From the NCBI RefSeq assembly GCF_006345805.1, contig NC_043011.1, forward strand, positions 65,732,464 through 65,796,463: a DNA stretch of 64,000 nt, read 5' to 3'. The DNA is from Octopus sinensis (Eukaryota). Position numbers and translations under genes: made by a program. Below the pieces are notes generated by a model that was not told the origin of the DNA, did not search any database, and was given only the letters and a program-made list of their open reading frames with translations. The stretch's first letter is position 1. Each line of letters begins with the position of its first letter. This document shows, piece by piece, positions 1 through 14,100 of this stretch.

Positions 1-58
1 TTTTGTTTTATTTAATTATTTAATCAGTCTTATTCATATATACTTGATTAATATGTAT

Positions 59-710
59 CTAACTTAATTGGGGAGGAATACAATCACTTTTCGCTAGGTC
101 TGTGATTATATTCCAAATTTATTTTTGAAATTTAAAGAATAATTGAAGGGGATTTCTCATAATTTAAATTTATATTAATGGGATGTAGGTAATTTTAAAT
201 TGTGTATATCAGATATACTAAATGAATAACGTATCCTTAAAAACTCAAAAGTAAGCTGCAGATAAAAAGAGAGTAAAAATACTAAAATATAAAAAATATA
301 AAACAAAATATAAATAGGTATAATTTTTTTATAAAGTATTAAAACAAATAAAAAGATAATACAAAATTTTTAAAAATGAGAGATGAAATGTTCTGAATAT
401 GAAATAACACCATTGGATTCTTAATATTAGTTTAGCGAGAGATACATATGAGACACGGTCTGGGTTTACGATGGATGAAATATATTAAAAATAACCGTTA
501 TGTGTAACTGATAAAGCTTACATTCCAATCGTCATTGATTGCAGTATGCATATTTCAAGCGTGGTGATATCTCTTAGATAACATACATTCTAATATGTAT
601 ATGTATAGATATATTAATGAATGTATTGCATAGTAGTTATTAGAGCTCCTGTTAAGGAAATAATATTACTCACGGGATATGAGAAGTGCAATAAAAATGA
701 GTATCTTCAT
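59..710 (-). pseudogene. Candidate secreted-peptide gene, type A copy 1, frameshifted (MKILIFIALLIS-H-LAKSDCIPPQLS*)
   Basis: Exon 1 CDS 710-674 follows a ttttacag acceptor and ends at a gtgagt donor. Exon 2 starts at 99 after cacag. It has a 1-nt deletion and a TGC>TAA change relative to the intact copy at 58245-58315. Confidence 0.4.
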
Positions 711-1950
711 AATGCCGTTTCCTGTAAAATGCTTGTTCTGATGGTGTATGGTTCACTTCTGTTTTAGGATCTTCAATTCCCTTCCTCGTTACTTCATTTA
801 TATTTTGCAATTTAATGTAACAGATGGTTTAGTCAGAGTGTAGTTTCAACATCTTTGTGATTAACGTTCTATATTTGATGCTTGTATAATATATCTGAGA
901 ATTTATTAATTTCAGTATTGATTTGCTTTCTATGTGGCCGTCATGTTAATGCTAATTTAATGGAGCTGTGCTAGTATGAAACCTACATCATATATTCCTC
1001 TTAAATGTATAGCGAACATGATATTCCAGTGTTTGAAACTTTCAATCTGCATAAGTCTTTCGTTAATTATATTCAGTGAGAATATAATATATTGAATTAA
1101 TATTGAGTGCTCAATTGTATCAACGTATTGATGCTATTAAAGTATTTATATAATTAATACGAGCGAGTATATATACATATATATTTGTTAATAATATATT
1201 AATATAAGTAGTATTAAGAAATCAATATCAAAACACATCAGAAAGATATACATGTGTGAAAAAAATGATTGTTGTATTAAAGATATATTAATAAATGTAA
1301 ATATGTATAAAAATATATGTAAATATGTATAAGTAAGATTATATAACGTATATTACAGTTTACAAGTTTTGAATTAATTATTTAAAGCACCTTACGATCG
1401 TTTAACATTAGAATTGTCCCTATAATGAACTCCTATTGTGATAAGCATTTATAGACAACGCTTCTGCTCTTCAGAGATATAAAATTAGAATTGTGTATAA
1501 CATATTGAATGATAGATTTTGTTTTTTTTATACTTTGAAGTAAATGTATAAAGTATTATTTGTTTGAAGGATAAATTAACTATTAAAAATTACTGCATTT
1601 GATGAGATTCTTTAAATCCATATATACTTCCTTGGTTATTCTTCTGCAATAATCCATAATATTCATATTTAAAATCCGTCATATTATCGTTCCAAGTATA
1701 GTTCATATAGTTAGTTGAGAAATGTGAAATTTGTATATACTTTTGTTTGATCCTCTTGAAATTCGTATGTCTTCTTGGTAATTCCTCTGTAGCAATCCAT
1801 AATGCCTTTGTATAAATTTCATTATATTATCTGGTAATCTAAATATAATGCATATTACAAAATCAAAATATATTTAAAATATAATTTGGTTCTCTCATAT
1901 ATTTCGTCATGCACCAATCTCTCAATTTAACAACCATACCTTGTACCACA

Positions 1951-2806
1951 TACTCAGAAGTTACTGACAGCCTTTGGCAAAGAGAGACAACATCCTAGTC
2001 GAAACAAAAATCCAGAAGAACACCCAAACTTTCAGAATGGGACCGTCGAACACAAGAGAAATCATAGAAATCTATAAACCACTACTTATAAACAAACGTT
2101 GCAAAGCGTTTTTTAGTGGTGTGAAATCCTACAGATTTGGTCCCTAGAGAAGAGAAACAATGTTATTTTCTCTCACGAGGCATCCTTTAGTATACTTCCA
2201 AAGACGGGCAAATTAAACCTCTGAAAGGAGCCAGAAGAAGCTTTTGACGCAGCCTGCCTCCTTTCAACTGTTATAAATGCAGGAGGAAACATGATGATAT
2301 TGTTGGGTGGGCGCTATATATTGCAAATTCGCCGGCTCAGTGGTTTCGCGTCATGGCAGAATTAATAATTACGACTATTTAAGCATTTTATCTTATTAAT
2401 ATCATTCTATGTTTGCGAAAATGTTCCTGGAGAGAAACGAAATAATTCAGGGTGATAATGCACCATTTCACACAGCTAAAGTTGTTACTGAATGGCACGA
2501 GGGACATTCTAGTGAAGGTAAACCACTAATTCGGTGTCTTCAGGTTTTAGACCTCAATAATATTGAACTTCTAGGGTGCACTTTTGATACACAAATAATG
2601 AGTCGATGTAATCCACCGTTATCAATAGAAGAATTAGAGAATATTTTAGCTGAGGGATACATAATAATTCCTTAGTAAACCCTTAAAACTCCGTACGAGT
2701 CCACACAATTTAAGGTGTAATTACTGCCAAAGTTGGCACTACCTCATCTTCAAATAACATTGTTTGAAGTTATGAGGTGTTTCCATTATTTTTGTCAAAG
2801 CCTGTA
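1951..2806 (+). mobile_element. Tc1-like DNA transposon relic, 5'-truncated
   Basis: ORF 2409-2675 has QGDNAP.HTAKVVTEW and a degenerate PDLN.IE motif of Tc1 DD34E transposases; ends ...CCTG-TA into a (TA)n tract. Confidence 0.9.
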
Positions 2807-2838
2807 TATATATATATATATATGCATATAGGTGTGTG

Positions 2839-2872
<34 letters not shown>

Positions 2873-3462
2873 TATATATATACATTTGTGAGTGTGGATG
2901 AGTATATATATATATAAATACATATCTGTGTATGTATATGTATATATATCTATCTATCCCTCTTTATATGTATATATATATGTCTGTGTGTGTATGTGTG
3001 TGAGAGAGACAGACAGAGAGCGTGCATATACAACCATACATACATACACTCATATGTATATAGGTAGTTAGGTATGTATGTTCCTGTGTTTGTACGTAAA
3101 TTTTTATATGAAACAGGAAAATATTTCTTTAAATATATGAGTCTATATAAGAAAAAAACATTTTGTTGCAAATTATTTTGCTGGCTAAATTATTGGGATT
3201 GAATAAAGAACGACTTAATAACGTACAAACACATATGTTACGCTGGATTTGTTTATTTAAGATAGAACAATATTCCAAGAGCATTTAAATTTGTCTCCAT
3301 CGAATTTATTGCCCAGCACCCCGATGGAGTTCTCACAATTTATTTTCCTTTTCACTTTAGATAAAGATTTAGTCATATTCTTTTAATTTTCATCGTTCAT
3401 TATTTTCTGTTTCTACATAAATTAGTTAATAATTTAGCTAAATTATGTAGAAACAGAAAATA

Positions 3463-3780
3463 ATGAACAAGGCAGTCGCCGGCAACCGTGGAGAATGGCG
3501 ACGTACAGTAAAAGAGGGAGTACAAAGGAGTGACAGAGAGAGAGAGAGGAGAAATGGAATGAAAGGAAGAAACTTTAAACAAGAGACCATGGCACTACAA
3601 CCAACCAGGAACAGTCTTCGCTACATTTGCAGTACCTGCCAGAGGGAGTGTTTGTCCAGGATAGGACTACACAGCCACAGCAGGAAATGTATCAGGAAAT
3701 AAAATATAACAGCCGGACTAGACCTAGAAAAAAAAATGCGCAACTCCATTGTCTCCCGAGACAGAAAGGATGCCAATACA
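3463..3780 (+). mobile_element. Non-LTR retrotransposon 3' fragment, probably RTE clade
   Basis: Translation ends ...ICSTCQRECLSRIGLHSHSRKC, the C-terminal Cys/His motif typical of RTE-type ORF2, followed by a short 3'UTR. Confidence 0.8.
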
Positions 3781-3870
3781 ATTCAATAATTTAGTAAATC
3801 TAAGTATCATCCATAAATTTATATTTCTATGACATTTAGCTATGTATGTACCTATGCGTCTATATATACA

Positions 3871-4586
3871 GGTCGTCTGCTGCTGGAGAGGACCGACCAG
3901 GTAAAGGAACTTTGTATCTTAGTGGAGTTTTCCTTTTCGCCTTCGGCCCAATGCGTCTGAATTAACAACAAATCACGCGGAGTTTGTTCTTGATTCGACG
4001 GTCATTCGGAATTCTTACAGCAGCCTATTCCTACCGCTCTATGTCACGCTGGTGAGACCCATATTGGAGTACGGGATTTAAGCCTCTTCTCCTTATCTCT
4101 TCAAAGACATACAGCATCTTGAAAGAGTCCAGAAGCTGGGTACCTGCATGGTTCTTGGTCTCAAGCATTTGTCTTATGAAGAAAGACTGAAGACGCTCGA
4201 TCTTCATTCTCTAGAAAAACGACGACGCCGTGGTGATCTTATTCTTGCTCACAACATCATAAGCGGAAAGTGTAACCTCTCGAAAGAGCTGTTCTTCACT
4301 CCTGCTCCAGAGCGTCGGCTGCGGGGTCACTCCGAAATGCTCTATCTGCGACGATTTCATTTCAATCGAAGGAGAGGGTCTTTCTCCGTCCGTGTTGCGG
4401 ATCCGTGGAATAAGCTACCGAACGAGATAGCGAAGATGACGACGATCGCTCGTTTCAAAGTCTCCCTTGACCACCAGTGGCCTGAACTCTTTACATGAAC
4501 ACCACACTGTACATGACTCGATGTCCCCCTACATGGCCTTGCTTTTTGCTTTTTGAGCCAAATAATTACCTAACTAACTAACTAAC
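3871..4586 (+). mobile_element. CR1-group LINE 3' fragment with (TAAC)n tail
   Basis: LYVTLVRPILEYG...LSYEERLKTLDLHSLEKRRRRGDLI...RGHS...FSVRVADPWNKLP matches the CR1 reverse-transcriptase C-terminus; tandem TAAC tail at 4571-4586. Confidence 0.9.
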
Positions 4587-6959
4587 ATATACTTATATGG
4601 ATATATACGAATAGTAGTGAAGAATCCCTACTTTCAGTGAATCATCAAAGCGGTCGCTAGATGTTCAACGTTCCGAGTTCCTTCACAATGCTAAAAGCAT
4701 ACAAAGGACCGATGCAATACGTGTATTATCTTACAAAGTTATATCCTATGAAAACAAAATTATTAACTGATATTCATACTACTTCATTTCACACAAAGCC
4801 TAGAGAATTTTACACACCGACTTTCGTATCAATAAATTGTTTCCACTCTTGAAATTCTTTTACTTAGCATTTGAATTGAACGTAGTTATACGAAGGGCAT
4901 GCATAGCTTCATAGCACAGTTTACTCAGACCTAACCTTCTTGGAACTATAAATTTCCAAATTATCCGTTTGATTTCACAGATACATTGAACTCCCAGCGT
5001 ACATTAGTAACTGCAAAAGTCCAACGCGATTTAGTAAAATATATTTTTGGTAGTTGAGTGTTATGCGGTCTCCTAAATTCCCCATTGGCTTTGCACTTAT
5101 AAAGACCTTAGTATAACCATTTCAATCTGATGTGTCACCTTATAAAGCGAACAGATTTATAGGTGTCCGTCCAATGGAAAAATGTATGTCCCCAAAGCAA
5201 AGACGTAATATGTCAAGAAAGAAGTATAAATCAAGGAGAATTGTAGAAAACCGAGGGCGAGAGTCTCAAAAGAGAAAGGTGGTGAGACTTACTAAAGATC
5301 ACCAAGCTCATACTGCAGCACGTGAAATAGAGTCCGAAGATGGCGGTGAGATGATGTTTTCTGAAGATCAGAAAAGGCATCCAGCACCACATCAAATGGG
5401 ATCTCAAGACAGATGAGAGATGAGAGTTGCTCAAGATCAGCTGGACATGCTACAGCACGTCAGATGGAGGACCATTAGTGAAGGGAGAGGGAGATGAGAC
5501 TTTACCAAGGTTAGCAAATGCATTAGTCAGCACATAAGATGGTCTCAAGAGAGATGCAAGGTGACATTTTCAGAAGGTCACCAAAAGAAATGAGACTTCT
5601 CCAAGATCATCAAAAGAAATGAGACTTTCCCAAGATCAGCAATGGGGAAATGACTTCCCAATGATCAGCAAACGCATGCTGCAGCACTTCACGCTGAATT
5701 ATTGAACAATATGTTTTTTTTTCTGATTGGTCAGTGGTCCATTAGGATACCTTACATAAAGTGACCACGTACAACTTCGTTCTTCACAACTCCTACAGCT
5801 GCTTTCAAATGTGATCCAAACATTCCTGTGAAAAGATACTTTTGTCGATAGTCGCGTGCTAATTTGAAATTAACATCTCAGCATAGCTTATAAACTTTCA
5901 AATTAAATTAATGGCACGCGCTACTCAAAAGGTAATGTAACATTAGCACTACAAGCAAGACCTTCTGAAACTCTTATAGATTGTCTGGAAGGCCTTTCCA
6001 TTCAATCAAAGGATTTTCTAAACAGTATCACAGAAGTCAACGCCACATTTCAGATGTCATCGCTTGGTGCATCTAAAGATATATTGGAACATGGATTAAC
6101 ATACTCGTTGAAAGATAAATGGCAGCTCTATGAATACGTTGCAAGCACAGCTACTTCAAATTTACTTTATGAGTGATGGAGGACAACGAAGGTGAAGGAG
6201 ATGTCAAAACATCAGACGTTGTGCATACATATTGATAACAACGTTAAGATAACAAGAGAAACAATGAGACCTCGATATTATGTAAATAGAGGATTTTATG
6301 TGTAAAAGTAATATGTGACAATTATTCGGTAGCTATGATAAAACTCCGAGTTTCGGATGCCGATGTGGAAATCGAACAATTGTCATATATTACTTTTACA
6401 TATATATATATATATATATATATGTATTATATATGTAGAAAAATACAAACTGGGACAAGAACGCAAAACATTTAGAAGACGATACAAAAAACACGGACTG
6501 GACATTCAAAGCCTTCAATCCTCAGTCAGGAACCGGATCAACCTAGCAATGTCGGCTTATTAATCTTGAGTACTAAGCTGCGAGCATTAGATTTCTTGGA
6601 AAAAGGATCGAATGTATACGAAACTGGGACAGAAACACGGACGATGCCACACGAATATCAAATACAAAAAACTATAATAGTAAAAAGAGGACAAAAACAG
6701 CGGGTGTCTTTCGACTAATAGACGGTACCACTTAGTTTAGCTGGCGTATTTGGAAAAACAGGAGGAGAAGTAGGGAGTGAGTGTGAGAGAGAGAAAGAGA
6801 CTGATCAAATAGAGTGCAAAGTGTGAAATCCAGAGAAATGTAGGAGAGAGCGACAGTCTTATAGATTCGTATCAAATTTAAAGGAATATGTACTTACATA
6901 AGGCCAAACACGAGGTGTGTATGCAAAGCCTTGAGGCTCAAAAAAGGAAATCATGTTAG

Positions 6960-7340
6960 GAAACTGCTGATGATTAATTTCTCAAAATACTCCCTCCCAC
7001 CCCACGCGATGGCTGAACAGTTTCTCCAGCGATGATGAATCGCCATTATACCGGCGTAGAAGATCTCTTTTGTTGGAGATGCCAAAAAATTTCTATGATG
7101 CCATTTTCACTGGCAAACTGTCGACCAGCCAGAGCTTTTTACATTTTGGGGGGAACTGATGAAAATCAGAGGGGGCGAAGTCTTGCGAATAAGACGGGTG
7201 GGGAACAAGTTCGTATTCACAATCACGAATTGTTGCCATGACTACCACTAAAGTGTGGGCTGCAGCATCGTCGTGATGAAAAATAAATCTTCTGATGAAC
7301 ATTCTCAGCTATGTTTCTTTGATTGCTTCTCGAAGGCGTT
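6960..7340 (-). mobile_element. mariner (DD34D) transposase relic
   Basis: FHHDDAAAHT...HPSYSQDFAPSDFH matches the mariner HDNAP.H and HPPYSPDLAPSDF motifs. Confidence 0.85.
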
Positions 7341-7646
7341 TCTCAAGCCATTTTATTTTGACAATGTTCAATATAATCGAGAATCCCCCACCGAAAAAAC
7401 AACACGGTAATTTATGACAGCACGATTCTCAATTTTCTCGTATACCTTTTAAACTCGAGCGTTGTATATTCAAAAATTTGAAACAAGAAATTAAAACATC
7501 AGAATCATGAAAATGAGTAAAAATATTCCGCAAATCCTGTAGTTAAGACAAAAATTGCTTCCGCTACCTACCAGCAGCGTTTCAATGTTACGCTGAAAAC
7601 TTTTCTTACGACCTTTCTATACATACATACACAGACACAGACAGAC

Positions 7647-7702
<56 letters not shown>

Positions 7703-7869
7703 GCACACATATATACAGACAGGTTTTCGAAACATGCCTTTGTACACATTTATATTCTCCTCCCATTACTGAAAGCTGAAGAGTTATCTCCCGTACCCAC
7801 AAAAAACCATAATTATGACAGCATGTTACCTCCCTTTATTTATCTACTTGTGAAGTCATTCAATCGTGA

Positions 7870-9110
7870 ATTTTATCCCACACAACATGGAGAAAATTTC
7901 TTATAAAGAAAAATATATATTCAATAAGTAAAGCATTAAATGCGGATTTGCGATGGGGACGAAAGCAGCTCCTATTCTTGCGAACCTAATAAGGGGTTAT
8001 TTTGAATTCACCTTATATGACGTATCACTTCAGAAATAGTGTTACTCATTTTACCTCTACATAAGAGAAAATTTGAAGCGATACCTGGATGACTGCTTTA
8101 TCATTTGTAAGGAGAACATCGACTAACTTTTTGGATTTCTAAACAATACTAAATGCCATAAATAGTAACATTCAATTCACAATGGAATATAACAAAGAAC
8201 AACTTCCATTTTTAGACATCATGATAAAAAATGTTAACAATGAAATCATAACTGACATATATTATAAACCAACTGATTCAACACAATATCTTATTTTTAA
8301 CTCATGCCACCCGAAACACATAAAATAAACATACCTTTCAACTTAGCAAAAAGGATCTCACAATAGTGTCTGATAGAAAAACTTGGTACCTCCGTCGTCA
8401 AGTCCTCAAAACAACACTTATTGAAAGACAATATCCACCCTCTCTTATCGACGAGGGAATTAAGAGTGCCAAACAACTAGACACAAAAACACTAAGTACA
8501 AAAAAACATAGCACCTCACCTCAAACATAAACAATACTATTTATATCAACACACAACCCCAGAAGCAGTGAGGCATTCAACACTATTGTGCAGACACTTC
8601 TTTTACTAACTAGAGATCCAAAAATGAATAACATCCTGAAAACCCACAAACTCATCAAATGCAAAAAATAAAACAAATCGATAAGGAGAATACTAAAAAA
8701 TGCGAAGTTTTACAAAACAACCACGAAACCAATGGTTGCAAAACTTGTACGCCCAAAATGTGGACATGTCCCAACCTGCTTGAAGACTTGGATTTCCTTT
8801 TTAAACAAGGAGAGAGGTTCACAATTAAAACTAGTTTCAACTGTGCCTCTGAGATTATTTAATAATCTGCTTGGATTGCGGACACCACTATATTGGACAA
8901 ACGAATATGACATTGAGAAAGAGAACCAACCTACATAAGAAGCAAATCCGTTTCCCGCAACACAGAAGAATTTCTCTCAGTGAACATATAGAAAAATATG
9001 CAGGTAACATCAAACCAAATTTCACAGTCATCCCTTTCTATCAGTACAAAGACACAATCTCTCAACTAGAACATTTAAATAAAGAATATTTTCTATTGAA
9101 AAATACATGA
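7870..9110 (+). mobile_element. Penelope-like retroelement relic (reverse transcriptase plus GIY-YIG endonuclease), frameshifted
   Basis: GFAMGTKAAPILANL, YLDDCF, FTMEYNKEQLPFLDI, DIYYKPTDS and CHPKH motifs, then CASEII...CGHHYIGQT of the GIY-YIG domain; A/C-rich coding strand. Confidence 0.9.
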
Positions 9111-9242
9111 ATAGCGATAGTGGAACCGGTCGATATATTAAAAAGTATATTAAAACTATGTAAGTGTGCGTATTTTCCTTTTTAATTACTTATATATGTA
9201 TATATATATATATATATATGAATATATATATACATATATGTG

Positions 9243-9329
<87 letters not shown>

Positions 9330-9787
9330 AGGGAGAACGAGAGGGAGAGAGTGAGAGATAGAAGTAGATAGATAAATACATACATAGATACATTTATAGG
9401 GAGCGTGGGAGATCCATATGTAGATTGACAGAGATTTGGATAGATAAATTGATTCATATATTTATCATTAACTGTATGTTTTGTAATAATAGTGTGTATG
9501 TATCTTAGAAGTAATATATTTCATACACGCAATTTTTTCTGCTGGATATGTACTAACGATATTGAGTATTACATCTTTGTTTACCTATACCTTGGCACTC
9601 TATCAAAGTGAGCGATGAGGTTGCAGCATCTAGAAAGTGTAAAACTATAATTCTTTTTATAGCGTTTAGGCCAACATCAAAACCTTTTAGAAACATATTA
9701 ACTCATTTTTTTTTCAATATGTCATTACTAGTGAATGTTACTATTTCTAAATCTGACACCGAGAGATATTCAGCAAGAGCACTTTGG

Positions 9788-10168
9788 AGTAAAGATCATT
9801 TGCCGTTATAACATGGAAGTCCTGGTTTAGCAGGAATGTTGCTGAAATTTACTCCAGGAGACATCGTCTCCAGCTGGTTACAACTCACGTTCTATGCCCT
9901 TATATTCTCGAACATTGGAATTTAGTATACCCACTCAGTTGAAAATGATATCTGTGCATCTCCATTCTTGGGTTATTTCCCTTCATCAGCACAGAACCCT
10001 AACGTTAACCCCGGTGAATTTTGTTTTGAGCTGAGTGGGTGTGTTCGAAACTATAATGACAAGGAACGAGTTTTATAGAAAGCTGGAGAAGGAGTATCCT
10101 TGGGCTAAATTACATCAACATTCTTACTAACCTAGGACTGCCGTGTTATGTTGGAAATGATCTTTACT
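9788..10168. repeat. Old ~380 bp inverted-repeat element (arms 9788-9886 and 10068-10168); paralogues near 28785-29170, 40730-41110 and 56150-56540
   Basis: The left arm AGTAAAGATCATTT...TCTCCAGCT aligns at roughly three-quarters identity with the reverse complement of the right arm. Confidence 0.75.
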
Positions 10169-11134
10169 TCCTGTCGTTACTAAAGGAAAAGGAAGACATA
10201 AGATTTTGAATAGTGTTATAAATTCTCATAACTGACAGTTAATAAACTTTCAAGCCCGTTCATATCTACGTTTAATTCTAGATATATTTAATAAACTCAC
10301 TTTAATTATTATATATGTTAATTAATGTTCATAGAAATAACGTTAATTATAACGTATTATAAAAGCATTAGTTAGATACCACGATGAAAATATTATAGAC
10401 GATAAAAGCAAATTATACTTACATATTACGTTATATAAATTGTTCACTATACAAAATAACAAACGCCTGTTTCTCACTTTAATAGTACTGATAAAGGGTA
10501 ATTGAACAAATATAATCAGTCACAGGAATAAATATATTAAGAAATGCTAGGATATCTAAAGATAGTTCTAGAGTTTTTTTTTAAATGTATATGGACAATA
10601 TCGTGCAGCGATTAAACATACCGATCGCGCACTTACTTATGACTCCCAATAATCTTCTGTTGTATATTATTTATTTAATAATCTATTGTACCTGTATAAT
10701 TATAATTCGCTTGCAATTTAACTCATAACATTTTGTTGCAAAATGACAGCAAATTTGGGTATTTTGTTCATATTCATACACGAAATGTGACGTTCATCAT
10801 TGCATGTTTGAGGGATGGACGATTTTATACTTGTAAATGGAATGACAAAATTATTTAACCAGCATATGATCGGTAAATCTAAAACAATAATGAACACGAG
10901 TTCTCTCTCTCTCTCACACACACACACATACGCACATATATATATATATATATATAAATAATAAATATTAGGGAATAAATCCAAATTTACAGGGAAAAAA
11001 ATCAGATTTAGGATTAAATCCAATTTTATAGTAAAATATTATAAAATATTATTAGAGACAAAACCACTATTTTGCAAAACAAACAAGGAAAGACTTAATC
11101 AATACATAAGATTTAATAAATATCAAAAAAACCA

Positions 11135-11177
11135 CCACTACAATCGTTTCTTGTCTTGACCGACAATCTTCAGGTGG
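11135..11177 (-). ncRNA. Minimal type I hammerhead ribozyme motif (left arm)
   Basis: Exact reverse complement of 14479-14521. Confidence 0.8.
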
Positions 11178-14100
11178 ACTTCCAATCTAAAAGATCAATA
11201 TTTTAAAATATAAAAATAATAATTTTAAAATAATTAAAGTATGAATGAAAAAATATAAGTATATAATCCATATATAACCTATATATAATCCATATATAAT
11301 CAATATATAAACAATATATAAACTAAAAAAAACCTATCAACAATTAAATATAAAATATAAAATATAAAATATAAAATATAAAACAAAACAAAAAAATAAT
11401 AATAATATAATAATAAACAATATATACACCCATACACATATACCTAATTATATATAACCATATCTAACTACATACACTAAATCACACACCTATATATATA
11501 TCCCTATACATACACATAAAAACGTCTAGGCAACTATAAATAAATAAAATAGCTAAATACTTCAACACAATACTTATTCATACTCCCACACACACACACA
11601 TACACAAACAACCCACATTCACGCTCTAGAAAACGGACATCACTCAAAACTATGAACGGAGAAATGGAATAAATGGAATTAAAAATTATATTCACTTGGT
11701 AAAACGAACACTACTTAAAAATTATGAATGAAACAATGCAATAAAACAACAGACATCGCAAATAGACACAAATTACTACGAATTCCTTAACAAACCTACC
11801 ATGATAAACCAAAACTCATAAAAACATATAATGATAAAATCTCCCTTTACTAAACTCTATAACAAACCTATATAGCAATCCCCCTAACCTAAACATTCAC
11901 ACACAAATACACACACGTAAACCACACACCCACGACATATACAAATACCCACACCACTTACACATACTAATACATACATATAAACCTCAACATATACTCC
12001 AAAAACCCACTCAACCCCACACAGACAAATAAACACAAAAATTATGAATGGATTCTTTTATAAAACTACCATGATAAGCTAAAACTCACAAAACAGAAAT
12101 GATAAAACCTCCCTTTACTAAACACTATAACATACTTATATAGCAATCCCTTTAACCTATACATTCACACACAAACCACACGTAAACCACACACCCATAA
12201 CAAATACAAACACCCACCCCACTCACCCCCACCCACAAGTACAAATAAGCCTCAACATATACACCAAACAAAATTACTTTACCAAGGAACTTAACATATG
12301 TATAAAAAGTATAACCGCTCTGGAAACGAACATCTCTAAATTAATGAATGGAGAAATGGAATAAATGGAATTAAAAATAATATTCACGTGGCAAAACGAA
12401 CACCACTCAAAAATTATGAATGAAACAATGTAATAAAACTACCAACATCGAAAATAGACAAATTACCACGAATTCCCTAAAAAAACCATGATAAACCAAA
12501 ACTCTTAAAAACATATAACGATAAAATCTCCCTTTGCTAAACTCTATAACAAACCTATATAGTAATCCCCCTAACCTAAACATTCACACACAAATACACA
12601 CACGTAAACCACAGACCCACGACTTATACACATACCTATACTAACTTATAAACCTCAATATACACCAAAACCCACTCCCTCCCACACAGACAAATTAACA
12701 CATACATCCCAAAACCTAAATAACAAACCCATATACACATTCACACACAAACACACACACACGCAAAACACACACACACAACAGATACATATACTCCCTC
12801 ACATATATAGGCATATACATACTCACTAAACTCGATATATACAACAATATTTACACACCCACACTCATACAGATAAATAAATTATACAACTAAAAACTTT
12901 TTTGCGTGTGTGTGTGTGTTTGTGTGTGAATGTGTATATGGGTTTGTTATTTAGGTTTTGGGATGTATGTGTTAATTTGTCTGTGTGGGAGGGAGTGGGT
13001 TTTGGTGTATATTGAGGTTTATAAGTTAGTATAGGTATGTGTATAAGTCGTGGGTCTGTGGTTTACGTGTGTGTATTTGTGTGTGAATGTTTAGGTTAGG
13101 GGGATTACTATATAGGTTTGTTATAGAGTTTAGCAAAGGGAGATTTTATCGTTATATGTTTTCAAGAGTTTTGGTTTATCATGGTTTTTTTAGGGAATTC
13201 GTGGTAATTTGTCTATTTTCGATGTTGGTAGTTTTATTATATTGTTTCATTCATAATTTTTGAGTGGTGTTCGTTTTGCCACGTGAATATTATTTTTAAT
13301 TCCATTTATTCCATTTCTCCATTCATTAATTTAGAGATGTTCGTTTTCAGAGCGGTTATACTTTATATACATATGTTAAGTTCCTTGGTAAAGTAATTTT
13401 GTTTGGTGTATATGTTGAGGCTTATTTGTACTTGTGGGTGTGTGTATTTGTTATGGGTGTGTGGTTTACGTGTGGTTTGTGTGTGAATGTATAGGTTAAA
13501 GGGATTGCTATATAAGTATGTTATAGTGTTTAGTAAAGGGAGGTTTTATCATTTCTGTTTTGTGAGTTTTAGCTTATCATGGTAGTTTTATAAAAGAATC
13601 CATTCATAATTTTTGTGTTTATTTGTCTGTGTGGGGTTGAGTGGGTTTTTCGAGTATATGTTGAGGTTTATATGTATGTATTAGTATGTGTAAGTGGTGT
13701 GGGTATTTGTATATGTCGTGGGTGTGTGGTTTACGTGTGTGTATTTGTGTGTGAATGTTTAGGTTAGGGGGATTGCTATATAGGTTTGTTATAGAGTTTA
13801 GTAAAGGGAGATTTTATCATTATATGTTTTTATGAGTTTTGGTTTATCATGGTAGGTTTGTTAAGGAATTCTTAGTAATTTGTGTCTATTTGCGATGTCT
13901 GTTGTTTTATTGCATTGTTTCATTCATAATTTTTAAGTAGTGTTCGTTTTACCAAGTGAATATAATTTTTAATTCCATTTATTCCATTTCTCCGTTCATA
14001 GTTTTGAGTGATGTCCGTTTTCTAGAGCGTGAATGTGGGTTGTTTGTGTATGTGTGTGTGGTTGGGAGTATGAATAAGTATTGTGTTGAAGTATTTAGCT

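Noticed and set aside
480-570. 51-nt exon-like segment ending in a gtaagc donor inside the type A intron (minus strand)
   Set aside because: Has a stop in the required phase and no counterpart in type B.
9600-10200. Possible coding exon in the conserved inverted-repeat block
   Set aside because: All six frames contain stops, and the paralogues do not keep a common frame.
11640-12768. CRISPR-like or satellite interpretation of the repeats in the palindrome arms
   Set aside because: No short identical repeats with unique spacers; these are long diverged duplications in eukaryotic DNA.
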